This document shows positions 8,508-20,386 of a DNA stretch of 32,000 nucleotides, piece by piece. How positions within the stretch are numbered: position 1 is the first letter of the stretch; each line of letters starts with the position of its first letter. The notes under the pieces are model-generated. The model saw only the letters and a program-made list of their open reading frames with translations. It was not told where the DNA came from and made no database searches. The DNA comes from Pseudomonas aeruginosa (lineage in GTDB: Bacteria; Pseudomonadota; Gammaproteobacteria; Pseudomonadales; Pseudomonadaceae), in the NCBI RefSeq assembly GCF_001457615.1, contig NZ_LN831024.1, positions 5,610,001 through 5,642,000 of the forward strand, written 5' to 3'. A program made the translations under genes and the position numbers.

Positions 8508-10772
8508 TCAATCCTGTGGCGGAATATCCACCAGCAGGCTGTCGACGCGCTGGAATCCGCGCGGCAGCTTGTTGCCTCGACGGCCGCGCTCTCCCTTGTA
8601 GTGTTCCAGGTCGTCGCCCTTGAGCGACAGGGTACGCTTTCCGGCCTGCAGGACCAACGTTGCCCCGGCTGGCAGAACAGCCAGGTCGGTGAGGTATTCC
8701 TCGCGGCTGACCACGCGTTCGCCGGGGATGCCGATGATCTTGTTGCCCTTGCCCTTGCCGAGCTGCGGCAGGTCGGAGACCTTGAACAATAGCAGACGGC
8801 CCTCGGTCGTCACGGCCGCCAGCCAATCCTGCTCCACATCGCGCACCGGGCGCGGCGCCACCACGGCGGAGCCGTTGGGCAGGCTGAGCAGGGCCTTGCC
8901 GGCCTTGTTCTTGGCCTGCAGGTCCTCGCCCTTGACCACGAAACCATAGCCGGCGTCGGAAGCGATCACGAACAGCGCATCGTCGTCCGGCAGCAGCACG
9001 CATTCGAAGCTGGCCCCCGGCGGCGGCGTCAGCCGGCCGCTGAGTGGCTCGCCCTGGCCTCGCGCGGACGGCAGGCTGTGGGCCGGCAGCGAGTAGCTGC
9101 GCCCGGTGGAGTCGATGAACACCGCATACTGGTTCGAGCGTCCCGGCGCGGCGGCCTTGAAGCCGTCGCCGGCCTTGTAGGAGAGGCCGGCGGCGTCGAT
9201 GTCGTGGCCCTTGGCGCAACGCACCCAGCCTTTTTCCGAGAGCACCACGGTCACCGGTTCGGTGGGCATCAGCTCGGTTTCCGACAGCGCGCGGGCCTCG
9301 GCGCGGGCGACGATCGGCGAACGGCGGTCGTCGCCGTAGGTCTCGGCGTCCTTGATCAGCTCCTCGCGCACCAGCTTCTTCAGCTTGGCCTCGCTGCCGA
9401 GCAGGGTCTGCAGGCGCTTCTGCTCCTTCAGCAACTCTTCCTGCTCGCCGCGGATCTTCATCTCTTCCAGGCGTGCCAACTGGCGCAGGCGGGTGTCGAG
9501 GATGTAGTCGGCCTGCACCTCGCTGAGTTCGAAGCGCTCCATCAGCACCGCCTTGGGCTGATCCTCGGTGCGGATGATGTGGATCACCTCGTCGAGGTTG
9601 AGGAAGGCGATCAGCAAGCCATCCAGCAGATGCAGGCGGCGCTCGACCTTGTCCAGGCGGAACTGCAGGCGTCGACGCACGGTGCCGATGCGGAACTGCA
9701 GCCACTCCGAGAGCAACTGGCGCAGGTCCTTGACCTGCGGCTTTCCGTCGAGGCCGATGATGTTCAGGTTGACCCGGTAGCTGGTTTCCAGGTCGGTGGT
9801 GGCGAACAGATGGGTCATCAGCTCTTCGACATCGACCCGGTTCGAACGCGGGATGATGACGATGCGGGTCGGGTTCTCGTGGTCCGACTCGTCGCGCAGG
9901 TCGGCCACCATCGGCAGCTTCTTGGCCTGCATCTGCCCGGCGATCTGTTCCAGCACCTTGGAACCGGACACCTGGTGCGGCAGGGCGTGGATGACGATGT
10001 CGCCGTCCTCGACGCGGTACACCGCGCGCATGCGCACCGAACCGCGGCCGGTCTCGTAGACCTTCTGCAGGTCGGCGCGCGGGGTGATGATCTCGGCTTC
10101 GGTGGGGAAGTCCGGGCCCGGCACGTGTTCGCACAATTCGGCGACCGTCGCGCCCGGCTGGTCGAGCAGGCGCACGCAGGCCGACGCGACTTCCCGCAGG
10201 TTGTGCGGCGGCACGTCGGTGGCCATGCCCACCGCGATGCCGGTGGTGCCGTTGAGCAGCAGGTTGGGCAGGCGGGCCGGCAGCACGGCCGGCTCGTCGA
10301 GGGTGCCGTCGAAGTTCGGTACCCAGTCCACGGTACCCTGGCCCAGTTCGCTGAGCAGCACCTCGGAATAGCGCGACAGGCGCGCCTCGGTATAACGCAT
10401 GGCGGCGAAGGACTTGGGATCGTCCGGAGCCCCCCAGTTGCCCTGGCCGTCCACCAGCGGATAGCGATAGGAGAACGGCTGCGCCATCAGCACCATGGCC
10501 TCGTAGCAGGCCGAGTCGCCGTGCGGGTGGAACTTGCCGAGCACGTCGCCGACGGTGCGCGCCGACTTCTTGTGCTTGGAATCGGCATCCAGCCCCAGTT
10601 CGCTCATGGCGTAGACGATGCGTCGCTGCACCGGTTTCAGGCCGTCGCCGATATGCGGCAGGGCGCGGTCCATGATCACGTACATGGAATAGTTCAGATA
10701 GGCCTGCTCGGTGAACTCGGCCAACGACCGGCGTTCGACCCCTTCCAGGCTCAGATCGAGGGATTCGCTCAT
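8508..10772 (-). CDS. parC: DNA topoisomerase IV subunit A
   Basis: 754 aa; [30 protein letters not shown], active-site region [24 protein letters not shown]. Confidence 0.97.
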   Translation of the reverse strand: MSESLDLSLEGVERRSLAEFTEQAYLNYSMYVIMDRALPHIGDGLKPVQRRIVYAMSELGLDADSKHKKSARTVGDVLGKFHPHGDSACYEAMVLMAQPFSYRYPLVDGQGNWGAPDDPKSFAAMRYTEARLSRYSEVLLSELGQGTVDWVPNFDGTLDEPAVLPARLPNLLLNGTTGIAVGMATDVPPHNLREVASACVRLLDQPGATVAELCEHVPGPDFPTEAEIITPRADLQKVYETGRGSVRMRAVYRVEDGDIVIHALPHQVSGSKVLEQIAGQMQAKKLPMVADLRDESDHENPTRIVIIPRSNRVDVEELMTHLFATTDLETSYRVNLNIIGLDGKPQVKDLRQLLSEWLQFRIGTVRRRLQFRLDKVERRLHLLDGLLIAFLNLDEVIHIIRTEDQPKAVLMERFELSEVQADYILDTRLRQLARLEEMKIRGEQEELLKEQKRLQTLLGSEAKLKKLVREELIKDAETYGDDRRSPIVARAEARALSETELMPTEPVTVVLSEKGWVRCAKGHDIDAAGLSYKAGDGFKAAAPGRSNQYAVFIDSTGRSYSLPAHSLPSARGQGEPLSGRLTPPPGASFECVLLPDDDALFVIASDAGYGFVVKGEDLQAKNKAGKALLSLPNGSAVVAPRPVRDVEQDWLAAVTTEGRLLLFKVSDLPQLGKGKGNKIIGIPGERVVSREEYLTDLAVLPAGATLVLQAGKRTLSLKGDDLEHYKGERGRRGNKLPRGFQRVDSLLVDIPPQD

Positions 10773-10779
10773 GCGTACC

Positions 10780-11304
10780 TCACGGAGAAGTGTTTTGGCG
10801 CAGCACCAGGGTGCCGTCGCGCTGGGTGAATTCGAGTTGTTTCAGGGCGCTCATGCCGAGTAGCACCTCATCGCCGTCCATGCCCGGCGCAATCAGCGCC
10901 GCGACCCCGGACAGGCGGATATCGCCGAGTTGCAGCTGGTCCAGCCGCGTGCGCCAGCCCGTGGCGCGGCCGTTGGCCGTGCTCAGGGTGATCGGCGCGC
11001 CGCGCTCCAGCGCGAGTCTTGCCGCCAGGGCTTCCGGCACCGCCACCTGGGTCGCCCCGGTATCGAGCAGGAAGGTCACGCCCTGGCCGTTGATCTGCCC
11101 GTTCAGCAGGTAATGGCCCTGGCGGCTGCTGGCCAGGCGCAACTCGACGTAGCCGTCGCCATGGATCGATTGCGGCGCCTGGTTCGGGTTGCGCTGTCGA
11201 TCTTCCCAGACGCCGAAATAGCGCGTCGCCAGCGCCAGCCCGGCGACCCAGGCCAGCACCAGCATGATCCGTCCCAGCCGCTGACCGGGCGCCTGTTGCC
11301 TCAC
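10780..11304 (-). CDS. Retropepsin-like aspartic protease, membrane anchored (TIGR02281-like)
   Basis: 174 aa; single TM near N-terminus, [26 protein letters not shown] and VLLGMSAL. Confidence 0.8.
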   Translation of the reverse strand: MRQQAPGQRLGRIMLVLAWVAGLALATRYFGVWEDRQRNPNQAPQSIHGDGYVELRLASSRQGHYLLNGQINGQGVTFLLDTGATQVAVPEALAARLALERGAPITLSTANGRATGWRTRLDQLQLGDIRLSGVAALIAPGMDGDEVLLGMSALKQLEFTQRDGTLVLRQNTSP

Positions 11305-12314
11305 TTGTCCCCCAACCAGCCGCCGGCGGGCGCGGCGAAGCGCAGGACGAAGGGCCGCACATCGCCATCGGCGCGCGCATGGTCGCCATTGTCGATGCCC
11401 AGCCAGGCGCCCTTGTCGTCCAGCGACAGGGCTTCCGCGACGCCATAAGGCAGCTCGTAGCGACGCTCCGGCGCCAGGACCGCCGAGGCGAACGACCAGC
11501 AGCGCTCGACCTTGGCCTGGGCCAGGTCGCGGCGGCAGATCTGATGCGCCAGGCGCTCCAGGGTGAACAGCTTGCCGCGGTAGAAGGCGAGGTCGGAGAA
11601 ATCCTTCGGCAGCTTGCGCGCGCTGCCCAGTTCCGGCGGCGGCTCGATCTTGCCGCCCTCGGCGAGCAGTACGCAGCTGCCCTCGCAGCGCCAGGCACTG
11701 TTGTCGCGGTGGGCCACCAGCAGGCCGCGGCGCTCGCGCTCGGCAGCCAGCCAGAGGCGCTTGCCCTCGGGGTCGACGGCGATCCCTTCGAACAGCGCGT
11801 TGAAATTCATCAGCATGCCGCTGGCCCGCGCTTGCGGCAGCAGGCCGGGCGGCAGGCGCAGCCAGTTCGGCGTGCCGCTCACCGGCAGTTGCAGGACCGC
11901 CGCGTGCGCCTCGCTGACCAGGTAGCGATTGCCGGCGGCATCGCAGGCGATGCCTTCGAAGTCGAGGTTGCCGCCGCGCACCAGGCCACTGAGCCAGACC
12001 CGCGTGCTCATGCCCCAGGGCAACCCGCTGTCCGGCGGGGTCGGAGCGATGAAACTCTCGGCCTCGGCCTGCCAGGGCTGGTCGGAGCCTTCGGCCGAGG
12101 GTTGCAGGCGATACAGGCGGTCATCGTCGCGGTCGGAAACCGTCCACAGCGCGCCACCACACCAGGCCAGCCCGGAGAGGTTGCCGCCGCGCATGCCCTC
12201 CACCGCATGTTCGGAGATGAAGCTCAAGGCTGCCGGAACCGGTGGCTCTGGCGGCGCCTCGGCCGCCTGGACCAGGCCCCCGAACAGGCCGAGGATGGCC
12301 AGCAGGCGGCGCAT
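11301..12314 (-). CDS. Secreted esterase-like/phytase-like beta-propeller protein
   Basis: 337 aa; signal peptide MRRLLAILGLFGGLVQAAEA; NFEGIACDAAGNRYLVSEA, ALFEGIAVDPEGKRLWLAAER as in the esterase-like phytase family. Confidence 0.7.
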   Translation of the reverse strand: MRRLLAILGLFGGLVQAAEAPPEPPVPAALSFISEHAVEGMRGGNLSGLAWCGGALWTVSDRDDDRLYRLQPSAEGSDQPWQAEAESFIAPTPPDSGLPWGMSTRVWLSGLVRGGNLDFEGIACDAAGNRYLVSEAHAAVLQLPVSGTPNWLRLPPGLLPQARASGMLMNFNALFEGIAVDPEGKRLWLAAERERRGLLVAHRDNSAWRCEGSCVLLAEGGKIEPPPELGSARKLPKDFSDLAFYRGKLFTLERLAHQICRRDLAQAKVERCWSFASAVLAPERRYELPYGVAEALSLDDKGAWLGIDNGDHARADGDVRPFVLRFAAPAGGWLGDK

Positions 12315-14203
12315 CAGACCAGCACCTCGGCCAGGTTGCCCTTGCTTTCCAGCCAGGACTTGCGGTCACCGGCGCGCTTCTTGGCCAGCAGCATGTCCAT
12401 GATCTCCAGGGTACCGGTGGCGTCCTCCAGGGTGAGCTGGACCAGCCGCCGGGTATTCGGATCCATGGTGGTCTCGCGCAGTTGCAACGGATTCATTTCG
12501 CCAAGGCCCTTGAAGCGGGTGACCTGCGGCTTGCCGCGCTTCTTCTCTGCGGCCAGGCGCTCGAGGATGCCGTCGCGCTCGGCTTCGTCGAGGGCGTAGT
12601 AGATGTCCTTGCCGAGGTCGATGCGGTACAGCGGCGGCATCGCCACGTAGACGTGGCCGGCTTCCACCAGCGGGCGGAAATGGCGGACGAACAGCGCGCA
12701 GAGCAGCGTGGCGATGTGCAGCCCGTCGGAGTCGGCATCCGCGAGGATACAGATCTTGCCGTAGCGCAGCTGGGCCAGGTCACTGGCACCCGGATCGACG
12801 CCGATGGCCACCGCGATGTCGTGGACCTCCTGGCTGGCGAGCACCTCGCCGCCGTCCACTTCCCAGGTGTTCAGGATCTTTCCGCGCAGCGGCATGATCG
12901 CCTGGAATTCCTTGTCCCGCGCCTGCTTCGCCGAGCCGCCGGCGGAGTCGCCCTCGACCAGGAACAGTTCCGCGCGCATCGGTTCCTGTCCGGCGCAGTC
13001 GGCCAGTTTGCCGGGCAGCGCCGGCCCCTGGGTGATCTTCTTGCGCTCGACCTTCTTGCCCGCCTTGAGGCGACGCCCGGCGTTGCTGATCGCCAGTTCC
13101 GCCAGTTGCAGGCCGATTTCGGCGTGCTCGTTGAGCCACAGGCTGAAGGCGTCCTTCACCACGCCCGAGACGAACGCCGCCGCCTCGCGGGACGACAGGC
13201 GCTCCTTGGTCTGCCCGGAGAACTGCGGCTCCTGCATCTTCATCGAGAGGACGAAGGCGATCCGCTCCCAGACGTCCTCGGGCGCCAGCTTGACGCCGCG
13301 CGGCAACAGGTTGCGGAACTCGCAGAACTCGCGCATGGCGTCGAGCAGGCCCTGGCGCAGGCCGTTCACATGGGTGCCGCCCTGGGCCGTGGGAATCAGG
13401 TTGACGTAGCTTTCCTGCACCGACTCACCGCCCTCGGGCAGCCACAGCAGGGCCCAGCTCACCGCTTCCTTGGAACCTTCGAGGTTGCCGCAGAAGGGTT
13501 CATCGGGCAGGCGCGGCAGCTCGGCGACCGCGTCGGTCAGGTAGGAGCGCAGGCCGTCCTCGAAGTGCCACTCGACGCGCTCGCCGGTGTTCTTGTCCTC
13601 GAACACCACGCTCAGGCCCGGGCACAGCACCGCCTTGGCCTTGAGCACATGCTTGAGGCGGCTGACCGAGAACTTCGCCGAATCGAAATACTTCGGATCC
13701 GGCCAGAAATGCACGCTGGTACCGGTATTGCGCTTGCCGACCGTGCCGATGACTTCCAGATCGCTGTCCTTGAAGCCGTCGGCGAAGGTCATCCGGTACT
13801 CGTTGGCGTCGCGCTTGACGCGTACCTCGACCCGGGTCGAGAGCGCGTTCACCACCGAGATGCCAACCCCGTGCAAGCCGCCGGAGAACTGGTAGTTCTT
13901 GTTCGAGAACTTGCCGCCGGCATGCAGCTTGGTAAGGATCAGCTCGACGCCCGGCACGCCCTCTTCCGGGTGGATGTCCACCGGCATGCCGCGGCCATCG
14001 TCGATGACTTCCAGCGAGTTGTCCTGGTGCAGGATCACCTGCACGCTCTTCGCGTGGCCGGCCAGGGCTTCGTCGACGCTGTTGTCGATGACTTCCTGGG
14101 CCAGGTGGTTGGGGCGGGTGGTGTCGGTGTACATCCCCGGGCGCTTGCGCACCGGGTCGAGGCCGGAAAGGACTTCGATGGCGTCTGCGTTGTAAGTAGC
14201 CAT
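12314..14203 (-). CDS. parE: DNA topoisomerase IV subunit B
   Basis: 629 aa; RKRPGMYTDTTRPNHLAQEVIDNSVDEA, LFLVEGDSAGGSAKQARD, KICILADADSDGLHIATL. Confidence 0.97.
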   Translation of the reverse strand: MATYNADAIEVLSGLDPVRKRPGMYTDTTRPNHLAQEVIDNSVDEALAGHAKSVQVILHQDNSLEVIDDGRGMPVDIHPEEGVPGVELILTKLHAGGKFSNKNYQFSGGLHGVGISVVNALSTRVEVRVKRDANEYRMTFADGFKDSDLEVIGTVGKRNTGTSVHFWPDPKYFDSAKFSVSRLKHVLKAKAVLCPGLSVVFEDKNTGERVEWHFEDGLRSYLTDAVAELPRLPDEPFCGNLEGSKEAVSWALLWLPEGGESVQESYVNLIPTAQGGTHVNGLRQGLLDAMREFCEFRNLLPRGVKLAPEDVWERIAFVLSMKMQEPQFSGQTKERLSSREAAAFVSGVVKDAFSLWLNEHAEIGLQLAELAISNAGRRLKAGKKVERKKITQGPALPGKLADCAGQEPMRAELFLVEGDSAGGSAKQARDKEFQAIMPLRGKILNTWEVDGGEVLASQEVHDIAVAIGVDPGASDLAQLRYGKICILADADSDGLHIATLLCALFVRHFRPLVEAGHVYVAMPPLYRIDLGKDIYYALDEAERDGILERLAAEKKRGKPQVTRFKGLGEMNPLQLRETTMDPNTRRLVQLTLEDATGTLEIMDMLLAKKRAGDRKSWLESKGNLAEVLV

Positions 14204-14214
14204 GGGGTCTCTAT

Positions 14215-14835
14215 TCAGTCAAAAGTCGAAAAGTCGGTGTCGCGCCACAGCGCCGACGGGTAGCCGGCGAACGCCAGCAGCGCCGGCAGGTGCCGGGCGA
14301 AGCCCTGGAAACCGTGGTCGCCGCCGGCCTGGATACGTAGCGCGCAGGCTCGGTAGAAGGCCTGCGCGACGCGATAATCGAGGGTTTCGTCGGCGGTCTG
14401 CAGCCATACCTGGTAGCGTTCGGGACGTTGCAGGTGCGTGACTTCCAGTTCGGCCAACGCCGCCACGTGGTCCTCGGTGAGTTCCCAGGTCTCGCCGCTG
14501 TAGTGGTTGGTCTGCGCGCCCAGGTAGCCGTCGAAGGAACGATGCGGGGCGACCGCCGGATTGACCAGGATCGCCGCCAGGCCATGGCGCTCCGCCAAAT
14601 GGGTCGCATAGTAGCCACCCAGGGAGCTGCCGACCAGCACCGGTCGCCCGAGCTCGGCAATGGCCCGCTCCAACTGGGCGATAGCCTGCCGTGGGTGATG
14701 GAGCAGGGCCGGGACGCGCAGGCCTTCGGCCAGGCCCAAGTGGCCGAAGGCCGCCTGCAGCTGACGCGCCTTGTGCGATTCGGGCGAACTGTTGAAGCCG
14801 TGGATATACAGCAGGGATGGGCTGGTCGCGGTCAT
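14215..14835 (-). CDS. yqiA: YqiA-like alpha/beta-fold esterase
   Basis: 206 aa from ATG 14835; LLYIHGFNSSPESHKA, LVGSSLGGYYATHLAE. The 405 aa track ORF is an over-extended frame that crosses cpdA. Confidence 0.85.
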   Translation of the reverse strand: MTATSPSLLYIHGFNSSPESHKARQLQAAFGHLGLAEGLRVPALLHHPRQAIAQLERAIAELGRPVLVGSSLGGYYATHLAERHGLAAILVNPAVAPHRSFDGYLGAQTNHYSGETWELTEDHVAALAELEVTHLQRPERYQVWLQTADETLDYRVAQAFYRACALRIQAGGDHGFQGFARHLPALLAFAGYPSALWRDTDFSTFD

Positions 14836-14966
14836 CGGGAACGGGCTAATGGGCTTCAACTCGGTAGGGAAAGCCGAACGGTAACAGCTTCCAGGCTTCA
14901 TCTTCCAGCCTGCGCGCCGATCGGCAACGACGCACGTGGCCGCGGTATCCCGCGACCGGGGGCATG

Positions 14967-15785
14967 TCAGTATCCGGCGGTGTCGTAGTCCACTTCGAAG
15001 ACGACGTCGTCGACCCGCGAGATCCCCGTTTCCAGGCGCCCGTCGTCGTGCAGGCGCAACCAGCGGTAGCCCGGCGCCAGGCGGTCGAGGGTGAAGTCGC
15101 TGCTGCCGGGGGCGAACTGTACGCAGGTGGACGGCGAAGCCAGCAGGCGCAGCGGGCCGCGCTGGCGGTCGAACTCCTGGTGAATGTGCCCCCACAGCAG
15201 GCAGCGTACCTGCGGATAGGGCGCCAGCAGGTCGAACAGCGCCTGCGGGTTGCGCAGGCCGATGGGATCCATCCAGTCGCTGCCGATCGGCACCGGGTGG
15301 TGATGGAAGGAAACCAGCAGGAAGCGTTCGCCGGCGCTGTCGATGGCGCGCCGCAGCAGCTCCAGCTGATCCTCCTCGAGATAGCCCGGCACCGCGCCGG
15401 GAATGCTCGAGTCGAGCAACACCACGCGCCAATTGCCGACGTCGACGACCTGCTCCAGCAGGTCGCTGCCCTCGGTCGCCCTTTGCATCGGCTCGCGTTC
15501 GTCGTGGTTACCGGCGAACCAGCGCAACGGCGCGTCCAGGGGGGCGCTCAACCTGCGGAAGCGTGTGTAGGAATCGAGGCTGCCGTCCTGGGAGACGTCG
15601 CCGGTGGCGAGAATCAGGTCGATCCGCGGCTGCTCCCGGGCGACCCGCTCGACCACCTTCTCCAGGCTATGGGCGGTATCCATGCCAAGCAGGCGCGCGC
15701 CATCCTCGGCGAACAGGTGGCTGTCCGAGAGCTGCACCAGCAGTACGGAGGCGTCGGTGGCGGGAGTGTTCGAATGGCGTGACAA
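14967..15785 (-). CDS. cpdA: 3',5'-cyclic-AMP phosphodiesterase
   Basis: 272 aa from TTG 15785 (GGAG 8 nt upstream); calcineurin-like motifs QLSDSHLF, ATGDVSQDG, AGNHDE, LWGHIHQEF. Confidence 0.9.
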   Translation of the reverse strand: MSRHSNTPATDASVLLVQLSDSHLFAEDGARLLGMDTAHSLEKVVERVAREQPRIDLILATGDVSQDGSLDSYTRFRRLSAPLDAPLRWFAGNHDEREPMQRATEGSDLLEQVVDVGNWRVVLLDSSIPGAVPGYLEEDQLELLRRAIDSAGERFLLVSFHHHPVPIGSDWMDPIGLRNPQALFDLLAPYPQVRCLLWGHIHQEFDRQRGPLRLLASPSTCVQFAPGSSDFTLDRLAPGYRWLRLHDDGRLETGISRVDDVVFEVDYDTAGY

Positions 15786-15938
15786 GGGGCCGTCTCCTGA
15801 AGGCGAGGCGTCCGCGGTGAAAGGGATGATTATGGTGACCGACGAAAGTGGCGGCAAACCCGGAAAGCGGAACAGATCACAGTTGCGAGGACTACTTTTG
15901 GCTTGATGTCATTCAACTGGCCTTTTGCCTGCAACCGC

Positions 15939-16397
15939 TCAGCGCTGGGCCACCGGCTCCATTTCGTGGCCGCAGGCCAGGCAATGGGCGAGCCACTCGC
16001 CGAGGAACAGGTTGAGCTGGTTCTTCTCGTCGGGCTGGTGCATCGCCTGGTTCGGGTAGGGATAGATCGCCATCAGCCGCCGCGCCTGTTCGGCGCCGAT
16101 CACCTCGGCCATCCGCGCATCGTGGTAGACCCGCACTTCCAGCCGCGGCGCCGGCAACCAGGGCAGGCCCAGTTCCTGGCGCACCTGAAGGGTGGTGGTG
16201 TAGGGGCAGGCCTCGGTCACTTCCAGCGCAAGTACGCCGAGCAGCCGCTCCCCTTCGCTCAGCGCGACCCGGCGCGAGGCCTGCGCCTCGCGCATGTCCG
16301 GGAGCAGGCGCATGAGCCGCGCGTAGTTCGCTTCGCAGGTCGCCTGCAGGCTGGCCAGGTCGACCCGGTAGCGCTCGCGCAGCAGGTTCAGGCCCAT
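15939..16397 (-). CDS. YqiB-like DUF1249 protein
   Basis: 152 aa from ATG 16397; LMRLLPDMR...VYHDARMAEVIGAEQ..YPNQAMHQPDEKNQLNLFLGEWLAHCL. Confidence 0.85.
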   Translation of the reverse strand: MGLNLLRERYRVDLASLQATCEANYARLMRLLPDMREAQASRRVALSEGERLLGVLALEVTEACPYTTTLQVRQELGLPWLPAPRLEVRVYHDARMAEVIGAEQARRLMAIYPYPNQAMHQPDEKNQLNLFLGEWLAHCLACGHEMEPVAQR

Positions 16398-17005
16398 AGC
16401 CCACGCACCTCGGCCCGGTTCAGGGCCAGCCACTGCAGGGCGATGATGCTCGCCGCGTTGTTGATCCGCCCGTCGCGCACGGCCTGCAGCGCATCTTCCA
16501 ACGGCCAGACGTGGACGCGGATGTCCTCGCCCTCCTCCGGCAAGCCATGCACGCCGCCGACGCCTTCGCTGTCGCAACGGCCGACGAACAGGTGCACCAC
16601 TTCGTCGGTGCCGCCCGGCGACGGCAGGTACTGGGTTATCGGCCAGAGCGCACCGAGAGTCAGCCCGGCCTCCTCCATCGCCTCGCGATGGGCCACTTCC
16701 TCCGGTTGCTCGTCCTTGTCGATCAGGCCGGCGACCAGCTCCAGCAGCCAGGGGTTGGCGAGCTTCTGCATCGCCCCGACGCGGAATTGCTCGATGAGCA
16801 CCACGCAATCGCGCTGCGGGTCGTAGGGCAGCACGCAGACCGCGTCATGGCGGACGAACAGTTCCCGACTGATTTCCCGGCCCATGCTGCCGTCGAACTG
16901 GCGATGCCGCAGGCGCAGGCGATCGAGACGATAGAAGCCGCGGAAGCATTCCTCGCGCTGCACGAGCTCGACGTCACCGGGGGCGGGTTTGAAGGTTTCG
17001 GACAT
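16388..17005 (-). CDS. nudF: ADP-sugar (ADP-ribose) pyrophosphatase, Nudix family
   Basis: 205 aa; Nudix box GLIDKDEQPEEVAHREAMEEAGL; FRGFYRLDRLRLRHRQFDG. Known in P. aeruginosa as aspP. Confidence 0.9.
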   Translation of the reverse strand: MSETFKPAPGDVELVQREECFRGFYRLDRLRLRHRQFDGSMGREISRELFVRHDAVCVLPYDPQRDCVVLIEQFRVGAMQKLANPWLLELVAGLIDKDEQPEEVAHREAMEEAGLTLGALWPITQYLPSPGGTDEVVHLFVGRCDSEGVGGVHGLPEEGEDIRVHVWPLEDALQAVRDGRINNAASIIALQWLALNRAEVRGLWA

Positions 17006-17247
17006 CCTCGACTCACTTCACTCGGGTATGTGGGTTTCGCGCCATCCTATCGCGGCCCGGCGCAGGGCGCAGCCACTTTCAGGACAGCTCGGGAAAACTT
17101 CGTGGCGCTCGCCGCACGGGCGTGTTTCCCGGCCACGGCTAGGCCATACTTGGGGTTTGCGCGGGCCGAACTCAAGCGCGACGCCAGGGTCGAAACGGAC
17201 TGGTCGACGCTTCGAGCCCGCCCATCCACCGTCGCAAAAGGAATCCC

Positions 17248-17994
17248 ATGCGCCTTCTGAAATTCGCCGCCCTCGGCAGCCTGGTCGTTCTGCTGAGCGC
17301 CTGCCAGAGCCTCTTCAAGCCCGGCCTCGACGACCCGCTGCCCACCGAGCGCCTCGCCAGCGAGCACCTGAAGCCCGGCTGTCAGGGCGAACAGTGTCCC
17401 TTGGTAAACATCGACACCTTGAAGTTCCCCGACGAACCGCAGTTGGACCCGATCGTCGAGCGCGCCCTGCTGGAAATGACCCGGGAAAACAACGAAACAC
17501 CCCTGCCGGCATCGCTGGCGGCCTACGAGCGGCAGTTCCTGGACAGCGCCGAGCCGGGCTGGAGCAGCTACCTGCAAGCCAAGGTGCGCGAACAACATGA
17601 CGGTCTGGTGATCATCGAGCTTTCCAGCTACCTGTTCACCGGCGGCGCCCACGGCATGCCCGGTCGCGGCTTCATCAACTACGACCGCAGGCAGCACAAG
17701 GTGCTGAGCCTGCAGGACATGCTGGTTCCCGGCCAGGAAGAAGCCTTCTGGAAACAGGCCGAGCTGGCGCACAAGGCCTGGCTGCTGGCCAACAAGCTCG
17801 ACCAGGACGCCGATTTCCAGAAGACCTGGCCGTTCCAGCGCACCCCGCACGTGGCATTGACCTTCGGCGCGGTGACGCTGAAGTACGACGCCTACTCCAT
17901 CGCGCCGTATTCCTATGCCCACCCCGAACTGAAGATCCCGTATCCGCGCCTGAACGGCATCGTCAAGCCGAACCTGTTCCCCGGCCGCGGCTGA
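17248..17994 (+). CDS. Lipoprotein with DUF3298/RsiV-like domain
   Basis: 248 aa; AAAGGAatccc before ATG; lipobox VVLLSAC; LSSYLFTGGAHGMPGRGFINYDRRQHKVLSLQDML... Confidence 0.7.
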   Translation: MRLLKFAALGSLVVLLSACQSLFKPGLDDPLPTERLASEHLKPGCQGEQCPLVNIDTLKFPDEPQLDPIVERALLEMTRENNETPLPASLAAYERQFLDSAEPGWSSYLQAKVREQHDGLVIIELSSYLFTGGAHGMPGRGFINYDRRQHKVLSLQDMLVPGQEEAFWKQAELAHKAWLLANKLDQDADFQKTWPFQRTPHVALTFGAVTLKYDAYSIAPYSYAHPELKIPYPRLNGIVKPNLFPGRG

Positions 17995-18012
17995 CGCTTC
18001 CGACGCTCCGCA

Positions 18013-18034
18013 GCCCCTCGTCACGGCGAGGGGC
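18013..18034. terminator. Hairpin between convergent genes
   Basis: gcccctcg-tcacgg-cgaggggc, 8 bp perfect stem between the lipoprotein gene and thiC; no clear T-tract. Confidence 0.5.
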
Positions 18035-18047
18035 CCCGTGGCGCGGC

Positions 18048-20151
<2,104 letters not shown>

Positions 20152-20324
20152 GAACCCCGGCAGTCTAATCAACACCGGCGGGATACGCCAACGGGAAAAC
20201 GCCCCGCCCGACCGGCAGTCATGGTCCAGTCCGGCGCCCTCTCGCCAGGGAAGACGCAGATCCCCGCACGTTCGCCGGCACATCGATCCGGACTGGCTCT
20301 TCGATCAGTTGCCGCGCAGGTGCC

Positions 20325-20353
20325 TTGACCGCTACCGGTAGCGACCTTAGCCT
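20325..20353 (+). promoter_or_regulatory. Putative opmH promoter containing a perfect dyad in the spacer
   Basis: TTGACC (20325-20330), 17 nt, TAGCCT (20348-20353); CGCTACCGGTAGCG palindrome at 20330-20343. Confidence 0.35.
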
Positions 20354-20386
20354 TGCCCCACCTCGCATCTTTTCCAGGACGAACGA

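Noticed and set aside
8503-10829. 543 aa minus and 583 aa plus ORFs overlapping parC
   Set aside because: Arg/Ala/Pro-rich or His/Gln-rich out-of-frame translations of parC, with no recognisable domains.
12242-14263. 673 aa plus-strand ORF opposite parE
   Set aside because: Complete overlap with ParE, which has strong GHKL and TOPRIM motifs.
14215-15432. 405 aa minus ORF as a single gene
   Set aside because: Only the last 206 residues are the YqiA-like esterase; the N-terminal half is an out-of-frame read through cpdA.
15939-16808. 289 aa minus ORF as a single gene
   Set aside because: Only the C-terminal 152 residues match the DUF1249 protein; the rest is an alternate frame of the Nudix gene.
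17101-17150. Possible promoter upstream of the DUF3298-like lipoprotein (CATACT at 17145-17150)
   Set aside because: No acceptable -35 at proper spacing, so the evidence is too weak to list.
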